64,000 nt of DNA from an uncultured Chloroflexia bacterium. Lineage in GTDB: Bacteria > Chloroflexota > Limnocylindria > Limnocylindrales > CSP1-4. The stretch covers positions 115,242 to 179,241 of the forward strand of contig CAWGVH010000004.1 in the NCBI GenBank assembly GCA_963825995.1. The letters run 5' to 3'. Made by a program: the position numbers and the translations under genes. The notes under the pieces are model-generated. The model ran no database searches. It was not told the origin of the DNA and worked only from the letters and a program-made list of their open reading frames with translations. Positions 38,180 to 46,759 of the stretch are shown here, one piece after another. The stretch's first letter is position 1. Every line of letters starts with the position of its first letter.

Positions 38180-38560
38180 TTGGACACGCACGTGTGGCTC
38201 TGGCACGTGGGCGGCTCGGACCGGCTGTCGCCCGGCCTGCGGACAGCGATCGATGCCGCGGTCGGACGACTCTGGTACTCGCCTATCTCCGTCTGGGAGA
38301 TCGGCATGCTTCACACTCGCGGCAGGATCAGGCTCGAGGGCGGTCCGCGCGCCTGGCTGGAGACGGCCCTGGCGCGGTTCCCGCTCGAAGAAGCCACGCT
38401 GACCCGCGAGGTCGCTCTTCGGAGCACCGAGTTGGACCTGGGCCATCGGGACCCGGCTGACCATATGTTGGCCGCGACCGCCCTGGCGCACGGCCTCACG
38501 CTTGTCACCCTCGATGCGCGACTGACAGGCGCGGACTGGCTGCCGACGCTGTCGGACTAG
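38180..38560 (+). CDS. vapC: PIN-domain toxin (VapC family)
   Basis: (YL)LDTHVWLW...SPISVWEIGML...DPADHMLAATALAHGLTLVTLD. The TTG start at 38180 is tentative, because the frame stays open upstream to 38126. Confidence 0.8.
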   Translation: MDTHVWLWHVGGSDRLSPGLRTAIDAAVGRLWYSPISVWEIGMLHTRGRIRLEGGPRAWLETALARFPLEEATLTREVALRSTELDLGHRDPADHMLAATALAHGLTLVTLDARLTGADWLPTLSD

Positions 38561-38585
38561 ATGCAGACCGCGACTGCGGCGCGGA

Positions 38586-39524
38586 CTACCGACCGGCTTC
38601 CAGCCCTTGCGCCTCGTTGATCAGGCGTTCTACGTCGGCCGGGCCCAGGGCATCGCGCTCGTCCTCCGGCGTGCCCACGTGCAGGGCGGCGGCCGCGTTG
38701 GCGTAGCGCAGCACGTCAGCGAGGGGTGCGGCGGCCGCGAGGCGAGCGCCGAGCGCACCGACGAAGACGTCGCCGGCGGCATGGGTCTCCACCCGCGGCA
38801 CAGGGTGTGCCGCGTAAGTCACGGTCTCGGGGCCAGAGGCGGCCGCGACGCCGGCTCCACCCGCGGTGACGACCACGGCCGGAGCCAGCGCGAGCAGTGC
38901 GCGGGCGGCCGCCGAGGCGCTCTCGAGGTCGTCGACCGGGCCGCCGCCCAGCATCTCCGCCTCGACGGCGTTGACCACGAGCACATCGACCAGCCCGGCG
39001 AGGCTCCCCAGTGGGCGGGCCGGGGCCGCGTTCAGGACGACGGTGGCCCCGGCAAGCCGGGCGAGGCGCGCGGCAGCCGCGTTGGCTGGCTCAGCGATCT
39101 CGTTCTGGAGCAGGAGAACGCGACTGCCTGCGATGATCGCGCTGCTCTGGGCGATCTGCTCGTCATCGAGCTGGAGGTTGGCACCGGATACGACGATGGC
39201 GGCGTAGTCGCCGCTGCCCTCCTGGATGGCCACGCTCATGCCCGAGCCCTGCGCCACCATCCGAACGCTCGCCAGGTCGACTCCCGAGTCCTCGAGGCTT
39301 TGGCGCAGCCGCGCACCGAACTCGTCGTCACCGAGACAGCCGACCATCCGCACCGTCGCGCCGTGGCGAGCGGCGGCCACCGCCTGGTTGGCACCCTTGC
39401 CGCCCTGCTTCCACCACCAGGCGTCACCGATGAGCGTCTCGCCGGTGCGCGGCAGGTAGGGCGCCCGCACCATGATGTCGAAGTGCAGGCTGCCGACGAC
39501 GCAGACGCGCGGGTGTTCGGCCAC
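38586..39524 (-). CDS. PfkB-family sugar kinase (ribokinase-like)
   Basis: GTG at 39524. VCVVGSLHFDIMV, KQGGKGANQAVAAA and THAAGDVFVGAL. Confidence 0.8.
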   Translation of the reverse strand: MAEHPRVCVVGSLHFDIMVRAPYLPRTGETLIGDAWWWKQGGKGANQAVAAARHGATVRMVGCLGDDEFGARLRQSLEDSGVDLASVRMVAQGSGMSVAIQEGSGDYAAIVVSGANLQLDDEQIAQSSAIIAGSRVLLLQNEIAEPANAAAARLARLAGATVVLNAAPARPLGSLAGLVDVLVVNAVEAEMLGGGPVDDLESASAAARALLALAPAVVVTAGGAGVAAASGPETVTYAAHPVPRVETHAAGDVFVGALGARLAAAAPLADVLRYANAAAALHVGTPEDERDALGPADVERLINEAQGLEAGR

Positions 39525-39552
39525 GGTCAGGTCGATCGCGAGCGAGCCGCGC

Positions 39553-40542
39553 TCACCAGTTCCGGGCGAAGATGGTCGCCTGGACGAGGCGGTGGGCGGC
39601 CACGGCGTCGTGCTGTTGGAGCGCCGCGTCAAGCTCTGCCTCCGGCAGGCGGTCGAGGACGTCGAACATGGCCTCGATGGTGACGACGTTCGCCGCACAC
39701 TCGGCGACCGGATCGATGGCCGCCACGTCGGGGAAGGTGTCGAAGTACATGGCGCCGGCGAAGCTGTCCCGGCGCAGCTGGCGAAGCAGCTCGATGGTCT
39801 GGACGGTGTGTACAGAGCCGACCATCAGGCCGTCGTCACGGTGGCCGTAGCCATCGTTCATGTGGAGGCCCAGCATGCGGCTGCGGCGGCCCACCAGCGC
39901 CGCCGCCATGGCCGGGCTCGTGTCCGCCTCCAGGACGTGCCCGAAGTCGAGCGTGACGCCCAGGTTGGGCGCGCCGGCCTCGGCGATGGCCAGCAGCGTG
40001 GCCGAGACGTTGGGGAGGATCATGATGCTGCGCGGCTCGCTGGGCTTGTATTCGATCGAGACCGGGAAGTCAGGGGCGTGCTCGGCCACCTGGCGGATGC
40101 CCTCCACCTCCCAGTCCCACAGTCGCGCGTAGTCGACCTGGAACGGGTGGTCGAAGCCGTCCTGGCCGGGCCAGATGGTGAGCATCCGTCCACCGGCCTC
40201 ACGTGTCTCGTCGATGCCGCGGCGGCTCAGGTCGATGGCGCGCTGGCGGACCACCGGGTCGGCGTTCGTGAAGGCGCCCGAGCGGAAGGCAGGGTCGCCG
40301 CCGTAGCGCATGGCAAAGCCGTTGAGCACGAGACCACGGTCGGCGATGCGGGTGCGCAGCCGGGAGGCCTCGATACCCGTCGTCTGCTGCGGATAGTTGA
40401 TGTCCACGGCGGACAGGCCGGGGACCGTCGCGGCACGGTCGATCAAGTCGAGCGTCGTGGGCCGATCGGTGCGGCCGGGCCAGGCCAGCTCCGGTCGGGT
40501 CGCGAAGGAGTTGAGTCGTGCGGCGTACAGGTAGCGGGCCAT
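39553..40542 (-). CDS. Sugar-phosphate isomerase/epimerase (xylose-isomerase-like TIM barrel)
   Basis: ATG at 40542 (MARYLYAARLNSF). The pattern of conserved E/H/D (TIWPGQDG, SIEYKPSEP, TLDFGHV, LHMNDG) is typical of the AP_endonuc_2 fold. Confidence 0.7.
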   Translation of the reverse strand: MARYLYAARLNSFATRPELAWPGRTDRPTTLDLIDRAATVPGLSAVDINYPQQTTGIEASRLRTRIADRGLVLNGFAMRYGGDPAFRSGAFTNADPVVRQRAIDLSRRGIDETREAGGRMLTIWPGQDGFDHPFQVDYARLWDWEVEGIRQVAEHAPDFPVSIEYKPSEPRSIMILPNVSATLLAIAEAGAPNLGVTLDFGHVLEADTSPAMAAALVGRRSRMLGLHMNDGYGHRDDGLMVGSVHTVQTIELLRQLRRDSFAGAMYFDTFPDVAAIDPVAECAANVVTIEAMFDVLDRLPEAELDAALQQHDAVAAHRLVQATIFARNW

Positions 40543-40639
40543 GGCGTGAAGCCTACCGGACGCGTGCTGATGCAGCGAGCAGAGCCTGCCGGATCGGCCG
40601 GGCACCGGGCGCTTCCGGCACGCATGGCGGGCTCATGGA

Positions 40640-42290
40640 TCACGCGCCCATGTAGAGGCGCCGGGCGATCTGGTCCTCCAGCGAGAGCCAGCGGCGGCCC
40701 GCCTCGTCACTCGCGCGGTGGCCCATGGCGGCATCGCGCAGTGACGCGAGCCGCTCGAGGGGAAGCAGCTGGTGGGCGTCGATCTCCTCGGCGATGCGCA
40801 CGAACTCTTCAGCGGCCTCGACGCCCCCCAGCAAGGGTGCCGCGTCCTCGGCTATGAATCGCCCCCAGGTCAGCGTCGGATCCCAGGAGAAGCGTGCGAA
40901 GGCGAGATACGAGAGCTCTACCGTGGCGTGGTACGGCGAGGGCTCGCCCCACACCGTGAGGCCCTCCATACCGCGGTCGGCGCACAGTCGCGCCATGTCG
41001 CTGAAGACGCGAGCATTGAGAGCGTACCGCTCGCTCCGCTCGTCGCCATTCCACTGGCAGGCAAACTGACAGCGCAGCACGTTGGGCTGCGTGGGTAGGC
41101 TTGCCATGTAATCACGGGTCAGCTCGCGCTGGATGCGGCCCCAGTACGTCCGATTGGTGGTGTGCTGATAGATGCCGCCCCTGGGCAGGCGACGCTGGGC
41201 CTCGTGGGCCACCGGGTCCAGCAGGTTGTCCCACTGGATCTCGCTGTACAGCCAGAGGTCGGGCTTGATGGCCGTTGCGGTCTGGTAGAGCCGCGGGAAG
41301 CTGTCCGCCATGTCCGTGTGGGACCAGGAGTCGCCGTGATCGTCGATGCGCCGGGAGGATTCCGCCTCGTTGGCGCGCCGGGCTACGCAGCGGTCGCAGC
41401 CACACACTCCGTAGTCGCCGGCCTCGATGTTGATGCCGCCCAGCTCGAAGGTCTCGGTGAGCCAGGCCACGCCCTCCTCCATCCAGGCCATCGTCTCGGG
41501 GGCCGAGGGGCAGGCAGAGAGCGTGTAGTCCGACTTGGGGAAGTTGAGGGGGAAGGCCAGGTCGGAGATCTGGAATCCGACACCCTTCTCGAGCGTGGCC
41601 GCGTGTTGCGGATGGGCCTTCAGCCAGGTAGCCAGGTTGAAGCGGTGGTCCCCCTCCCAGTAGCAGCCGCCATAGGAGCCGATGGCGATGCCCGGCAGGA
41701 TGCGCACGCCGCGCTCAGTGGCATAGCGGCACAGCTCCTGGGCAGCCTCGATGCCACCGTGCGGATCGCGCAGGAAGCCGTAGATGACGATGGCCGCGAT
41801 GCGATGCCTCGAGCAGAAGTCCACGCAGCGCTGGTAGTCCCGCAGGAAGCCGCCCGGTGGCTTGCCATAGGGATTGAAGACGCCGATCTCCTGCTGGCCC
41901 ACCTGGGAGAGCTCCCAGTTCGTCGAGTGGTCCCAGGTCCAGAAGGTGCGATACGCCAGGCCCGGCGCCTGTGAGATGACGCCTTGAGAGATGGCGATTC
42001 GACCGGGATGCGTGCCGCCGCGAGCGATCAGCTCTTCAGCGCCGTAGATGACGCCGGAGAAGGGGCCGCCCACGATGGCTGATCCGCTGCGGCTCAGCCT
42101 CGATTCGGAAGGCGCCTTCAGGAAGGGATGGATCGTCCATGAGCGTGACAGCAGCTGCACCCGCTCCGGCCCCGCCGTCCAGCCAGCCGATGCCGGGGAA
42201 TGACTCCCGCAGGCGCCGTGCCGCGTGTCGGTGACGATCGCCGCCCTCCAGCGAGATCGCTCCCTCAAGCGTGATCCACTCAGCTGTCAT
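40640..42290 (-). pseudogene. Unknown ~550-aa protein (possibly a glycoside-hydrolase-like TIM barrel with a Cys cluster), frame break near 42078
   Basis: The N-terminus MTAEWITLEGAISLEG...AFRIEAEPQRI lies in track ORF 42036..42290. AIVGGPFSGVIYGAEELI... continues in track ORF 40640..42268. It contains WTWDHSTNW and GINIEAGDYGVCGCDRCVARR. Confidence 0.6.
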
Positions 42291-42326
42291 GTGTGCCCTC
42301 CCCGCAAGACCTGCGCGCTCCGTCAG

Positions 42327-42827
42327 CTACGCGTCCCGCTCCCAATACCAGTAGTCGGTCCGGAACTCGTCGTACTCCCGCCTGGCCGTCATGCGCTCCA
42401 CCTCGATGACGATGACCCTGGTGTCGTGAAGCAGGTTCTCCCCATGCTGATAGTCGGGCTCACCGAAGTACTGCATGAACACCTTGAAGGTCCGGATCAG
42501 CTCCTCGGGCTCGGTGACCACTCTCGCCTTCCCGTAGGCGATGACGCTCTCCCAGGGCCCGTGGCACTTCAAGGACTTGTCGAGGTCGCGCCGGTCCCCG
42601 TAGAACCTGGTGATGACGTAGGAGACGTTGGGGTTCTGGGCGATGGTGTCCAGCTTCCGACCGGTGGTGGCGCAGTGGAAGAAGAACCGGCCGTCCTGGT
42701 AGGCGTGGTTCACAGGGACCGCGTAGGGCTCACCGTCGAGTGCCATGCACAGGACGCCCTGGAAGGTGCCAGCGATCATGCCTTCGCACTCCGCGTTGTT
42801 CCTGACGGGGTGGTACTGCTGCTTCAT
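42327..42827 (-). CDS. Pyridoxamine-5'-phosphate-oxidase-like FMN-binding protein
   Basis: GVLCMALDGEPYAVPVNHAYQDGRFFFHCATTGRKLDTI resembles the split-barrel flavoprotein family. Confidence 0.7.
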   Translation of the reverse strand: MKQQYHPVRNNAECEGMIAGTFQGVLCMALDGEPYAVPVNHAYQDGRFFFHCATTGRKLDTIAQNPNVSYVITRFYGDRRDLDKSLKCHGPWESVIAYGKARVVTEPEELIRTFKVFMQYFGEPDYQHGENLLHDTRVIVIEVERMTARREYDEFRTDYWYWERDA

Positions 42828-42833
42828 CGCTGC

Positions 42834-43196
42834 CTAGTCGAGGGGATGACCCAGCACGGTGTAGTAGGCGAGATTGGGCTGCCGGACATCCATGCGGCCG
42901 ATCTGGCAGACGATCGGCGCGCTGGACTCCAGCTTCAGGGCGTACTGGCCGAAGGGGATCTGGAAGCCGCCGATGGGCTCGTTGGTGCGGATGCAGCGCA
43001 CCCTCCGGGCGCCCACGACGAGCGGCTCGAGGACCTCTGGCTCGCGGTCCTCGAAGTAGACCGTGACGACGACCCTGGCGTCGGTCTCGCCGGGGTTGAG
43101 CATGATGAGCGACTCGTGGCCCTGCGGCGGATCGCCCGCTGGCGGGATGTCGCCGTCCGGGAAGAACCAGGTCCGTGAGCCCTGCCTGCCGGCCAT
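42834..43196 (-). CDS. ASRT (Anabaena sensory rhodopsin transducer)-family protein
   Basis: ATG at 43196. WFFPDGDIPPAGDPP..HESLIMLNPGETDARVVVTVYFEDREP...ARRVRCIRTNEPI...SSAPIVCQIGRMDVRQ matches my recollection of the ASRT/TM1070 family pattern. Confidence 0.6.
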   Translation of the reverse strand: MAGRQGSRTWFFPDGDIPPAGDPPQGHESLIMLNPGETDARVVVTVYFEDREPEVLEPLVVGARRVRCIRTNEPIGGFQIPFGQYALKLESSAPIVCQIGRMDVRQPNLAYYTVLGHPLD

Positions 43197-43200
43197 CGCG

Positions 43201-43947
43201 CTAGCCCTGCTTCGAGAGGATGGTGCGCATGCGCTCGAGGACGAGGTCCGCACCGAACTGCCCGTACTCCTTCGTGGCGTCCTTGGCGGTCGCGAGATAC
43301 CACTTCTCTGTCGACAGGTGATCCATGTCCACGCTCTCGGGACAGAGCGCCATCATCAGCGAGGTCTCGCCCTTGGCCGCGTGGTCGAAGTCGTACTGGC
43401 TGATGATCTCGGCATCCATCAAGGGGTGGCCGGAGATCCAGTTGAAGGGGTTCGCGCCGCGCTCATGGTCGGCGTAGTAGCTCGACATCTCGTTGCTGCC
43501 CCACCAGCCTTCGCCGCGCTCCTTCTCGAGGAACTCGAAGATGGCCAGGCGGGCACCCGTCCGGAAGGCCAGGTCCGTGGGCATGCCCTGCATGAAGTTC
43601 TCGGACTGGTGGTGGATGAAGAAGTGGATGTTGCGGAAGCCGATACGCAGCAGGCTGCGGAAGAGGTCCTTGGTGAAGGGGATGAGGTGTTCACCATCGA
43701 CCTGCACGCTGCCCTTGCCCTCCGGGGGCTCGACCGCGTAGCTGGCCGGGCCCCACCAGAAGGTCGGCATCAGGACCATGTCCATCTCCGACTCCAGCCG
43801 CTCGGCCGTCTTGACCACGACCAGCGTGTCCATGCCGACGGACATGTGCTCGCCGTGATACTCGAGCGGCCCGACCGGCAGGACGACGGGCCAGTCATCG
43901 TCGATGGCCTTGCGGATGTGGTGCGGCAGCATCAGTTCGTAACGCAT
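43201..43947 (-). CDS. Creatininase-family amidohydrolase
   Basis: VVLPVGPLEYHGEHMSVGMDTLV...FIHHQSEN is the creatininase-fold metal-site context. Confidence 0.75.
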   Translation of the reverse strand: MRYELMLPHHIRKAIDDDWPVVLPVGPLEYHGEHMSVGMDTLVVVKTAERLESEMDMVLMPTFWWGPASYAVEPPEGKGSVQVDGEHLIPFTKDLFRSLLRIGFRNIHFFIHHQSENFMQGMPTDLAFRTGARLAIFEFLEKERGEGWWGSNEMSSYYADHERGANPFNWISGHPLMDAEIISQYDFDHAAKGETSLMMALCPESVDMDHLSTEKWYLATAKDATKEYGQFGADLVLERMRTILSKQG

Positions 43948-44028
43948 GACGATCTCCCCTCCGTATGCAGCCTCGGCGTCACCGGGCGGGCGAGTCGGCG
44001 CGCGCGGCTGGCTCCCCCTTCCCTGCGG

Positions 44029-45204
44029 CTACCGATCGAGCTCGATGATCTCCATGTGCGTGCCGCTGCTGAGCCACTCGGCAGGCCCGCTCTCCTTGAC
44101 GAGCATGCCGTCTTCCCAGCGCAGCCCGAAGTCGTCGTCGTAGAAGAAGGTGTCCGCCTGGAACGTCATGTCCGGCTCGATGACGTACTCGCTGATCGAC
44201 TCCATCCAGGGCTGCTCGACCTCCATCAGCCCGAGGCCCGTGCAGGGCCCGTACAAGTAGTGCTGCCACTTGCCCTGGGCCTTGACATACTCCTCATAGC
44301 GGATGGCGACCTCCTTGGCCACCACACCCGCACGCACCCAATCGCGGGTCCGGTGGTGCATGTCAAGGCCGAACTCGATGAGCGAGCGCTGTCGGTCGGT
44401 CATCCTGCCCAGGCACAGCGGACGGCCCACTGACGGCGAATAGCCGTCGACGCGGCCACCGACGTTGATCTGGATGATGTCGTTCTGCTCGAACCGCCGG
44501 TGGGTGCCGCGGGAGATGCCGTTGGAGGTCTTCTTGCCGCCGAACGAGTAGACCGTGTGGGCCTCGCACTCGGCGCCATTGCGGTAGAGCACGTCGATGG
44601 CGATGCCGGCCAGCTCCAGCTCGGTCATGCCCGGCTTGACAGCCTCCAGCATGGCCTCCAGGGCCAGCTCGCCGAGCCGGAAGCCCTCGCGCAGGCAGGC
44701 CAGCTCGGCCGGCGACTTCACGGCCCGGAGCTTGGTCGTGATGAAGTCGGCGTTCACGATCTCAGCTTCTGGGAAGGACGCCCGCAGGCCCTCGTACATG
44801 GCCATGTTGGTGCACAGGTAGCCGGCCACGCCGACGCGCTTGACATCGGTCACGCCGATGGATTCACAGACCTGGGCGTAGGTATGCCCGGCGATGCTCG
44901 GGTAGACCGGGTCGGCGGTCTCCCGGTACTCCTTCATGAGGTGGATGTTGTCGATGACGCTGCGGCCCTTGGCGAACTCCTCGGACTCCATGCCCACCAT
45001 GAGGGCCGACTTCCCGGAGGGCGCGATGGCCACGCCGCCCATCTCGAAGAGCGGCCAGTAGGCCGAGAAGTAGCGCACGTTAGAGGCGTCCGAGTCGGTG
45101 CCGTTGGCCACCAGCACGTCCAGACCTGCCTCTGCCACCAGCCCGGCAGCCTTCTGCCGGCGCTCTGCGTACTCCTCGACTGGGATCATCGGTCTGTCGC
45201 TCAC
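44029..45204 (-). CDS. M24-family metallopeptidase (Xaa-Pro aminopeptidase/creatinase-like)
   Basis: Creatinase_N-like N-terminal domain (GLDVLVANGTDSDASNVRYFS), followed by a pita-bread domain (VKPGMTELELAG...QINVGGRVDGYSPSVGRP...FYDDDFGLRWEDGMLV). Confidence 0.8.
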   Translation of the reverse strand: MSDRPMIPVEEYAERRQKAAGLVAEAGLDVLVANGTDSDASNVRYFSAYWPLFEMGGVAIAPSGKSALMVGMESEEFAKGRSVIDNIHLMKEYRETADPVYPSIAGHTYAQVCESIGVTDVKRVGVAGYLCTNMAMYEGLRASFPEAEIVNADFITTKLRAVKSPAELACLREGFRLGELALEAMLEAVKPGMTELELAGIAIDVLYRNGAECEAHTVYSFGGKKTSNGISRGTHRRFEQNDIIQINVGGRVDGYSPSVGRPLCLGRMTDRQRSLIEFGLDMHHRTRDWVRAGVVAKEVAIRYEEYVKAQGKWQHYLYGPCTGLGLMEVEQPWMESISEYVIEPDMTFQADTFFYDDDFGLRWEDGMLVKESGPAEWLSSGTHMEIIELDR

Positions 45205-45524
45205 GTCTCCCCCTCATTGGTCTCAGTGGCAACGGCAATGCGACACATGGCGATCGATCTGCTCGCCTCTCCCTGGCTGCTGCCGTCCGAGGGCCGTCGA
45301 GGAGATCGGGGCTCGCGGGAGAGGGTCTTCAGCCAATGCTAGCGCTCCGCGATGCGTCTGATCGGCCAGTCGCAGGCACGATCCGAAGTCTTCGTCGAAC
45401 ACGCTGAGGGGGACCGCGTCGACGTCCGCGAACCCGGCCTGCGCGCCCCGGGGATGGGGCATCATCGACTTGGGACGCGGGCGCACGGCCGCGTTCCGGC
45501 ACGTGGCGAACGGGGAGGGAGACG

Positions 45525-45833
45525 ATGGCGCGCGTGGCGTGGACCGCGAGACTGCGGCCGGACTGCATCGATGCGTATCTAGAGGCGCACGCGGCGGTCT
45601 GGCCGGACGCGCTCGCCGCGATCTCGGCAGCTGGCATCCGCGACTACTCGATCTGGCTGTTCGAGGACCGTGTCTTCGCGCAGTACGAGTGCGACGACCC
45701 GCAGGAGGCGCTGCGTATCGAGGGTGCCGCTGAGGCGACCGTCCGCTGGCGCGCCCACATGCGCGAGTACTTCATGCCCGAGGTCGCCACCGAGGGCGTC
45801 GTCTGGCTGTCGGAGATCTTCCGGCTGGATTGA
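45525..45833 (+). CDS. rhaM: L-rhamnose mutarotase family protein
   Basis: 102 aa. RLRPDCIDAYLEAHAAVWPDALAAISAAGIRDYSIWLFEDRVFAQYEC is typical of RhaM/DUF718. Confidence 0.8.
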   Translation: MARVAWTARLRPDCIDAYLEAHAAVWPDALAAISAAGIRDYSIWLFEDRVFAQYECDDPQEALRIEGAAEATVRWRAHMREYFMPEVATEGVVWLSEIFRLD

Positions 45834-45882
45834 CCGGCGGGACGTTGGCTGCCCGACACCAGTGATGCCGAATACTGGGCGC

Positions 45883-46743
45883 ATGCGCGTCACACCGCAG
45901 CCGCCCACGTTCCGACGCGCCGTGCTTGGACTGCGGGTCATGCATCCGCTGCCGAGCGCACTGAACACGGCGCTCGTGGTTGCGCTCGCGATCGTGGCCG
46001 GTGCCTCACTCCTCGAGGCCGGGCTGCTGGGGCTTGCGATGCTCGGCTTCCAGGCCTCTATCGGTGCCCTCAATGACGTGGTCGATGCCGACCGCGACCG
46101 AATCGCCAAGCCCACGAAGCCGATCCCGGCCGGAGTGATCGACAGGCGCGGAGCGACCATCGTCGCGGTGGCCGGCGCGGCCGTGGGTCTCGCCATCTCT
46201 GCCGGCTTCAGCCTCCCGGTGCTCATCCTGGGTGCGGCCGGCTATGGCTGCGGGCTGGCATATGACCTCGTCATGCGGCGTTGGGGCCGGGGCTGGATCT
46301 GCTTCGCCGGCGCGTTCCCGCTATTGCTGGCGTGGACCTGGATGGCGGCAGCTGGCTCCCTGCCTCCCGGATGGCCCCTGCTGCTGCCGCTGGCGGGCCT
46401 CGCGGGCCCGACCATCCACCTTGCCAACAGCCTCGTGGACCTGGACGCCGACGAACGGGCGGGGGTGACCAGCCTGGCCACGTCGCTTGGAGAGGACCGT
46501 GCGCCGCTCGTGCTGACGATCCTGACTGCCAGCATCTATGTCCTTGCCTGGGTCATCCTGACCTGGCTCGCCAACCCGCCGATGGCAGCGCTGGCAGCCG
46601 CCACGGCTGCGACGCTGTGCGCCGGGCTGGGGGTCAGCCTCTCGTGGCGATCAGCCACGAGGGCCCGGGAGCAAGGTTGGCTGCTCCAGGCAACCGGGCT
46701 CGCGCTGCTGGCAGTGGCGTGGGTGGCCGCCGCAGACGCGTAG
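45883..46743 (+). CDS. UbiA-family prenyltransferase
   Basis: ATG at 45883. NDVVDADRD Asp-rich motif, a second LVDLDADERAG motif, and about 8 TM helices. Confidence 0.8.
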   Translation: MRVTPQPPTFRRAVLGLRVMHPLPSALNTALVVALAIVAGASLLEAGLLGLAMLGFQASIGALNDVVDADRDRIAKPTKPIPAGVIDRRGATIVAVAGAAVGLAISAGFSLPVLILGAAGYGCGLAYDLVMRRWGRGWICFAGAFPLLLAWTWMAAAGSLPPGWPLLLPLAGLAGPTIHLANSLVDLDADERAGVTSLATSLGEDRAPLVLTILTASIYVLAWVILTWLANPPMAALAAATAATLCAGLGVSLSWRSATRAREQGWLLQATGLALLAVAWVAAADA

Positions 46744-46759
46744 CCTGAGCGGGGCAGCC

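Noticed and set aside
45205-45524. Possible gene or ncRNA in the 320-nt divergent region between the M24 peptidase and rhaM genes
   Set aside because: The only ORF (45223..45486, minus strand) has no motifs or RBS, and no repeats or strong structures were seen. It is most simply a divergent promoter region.
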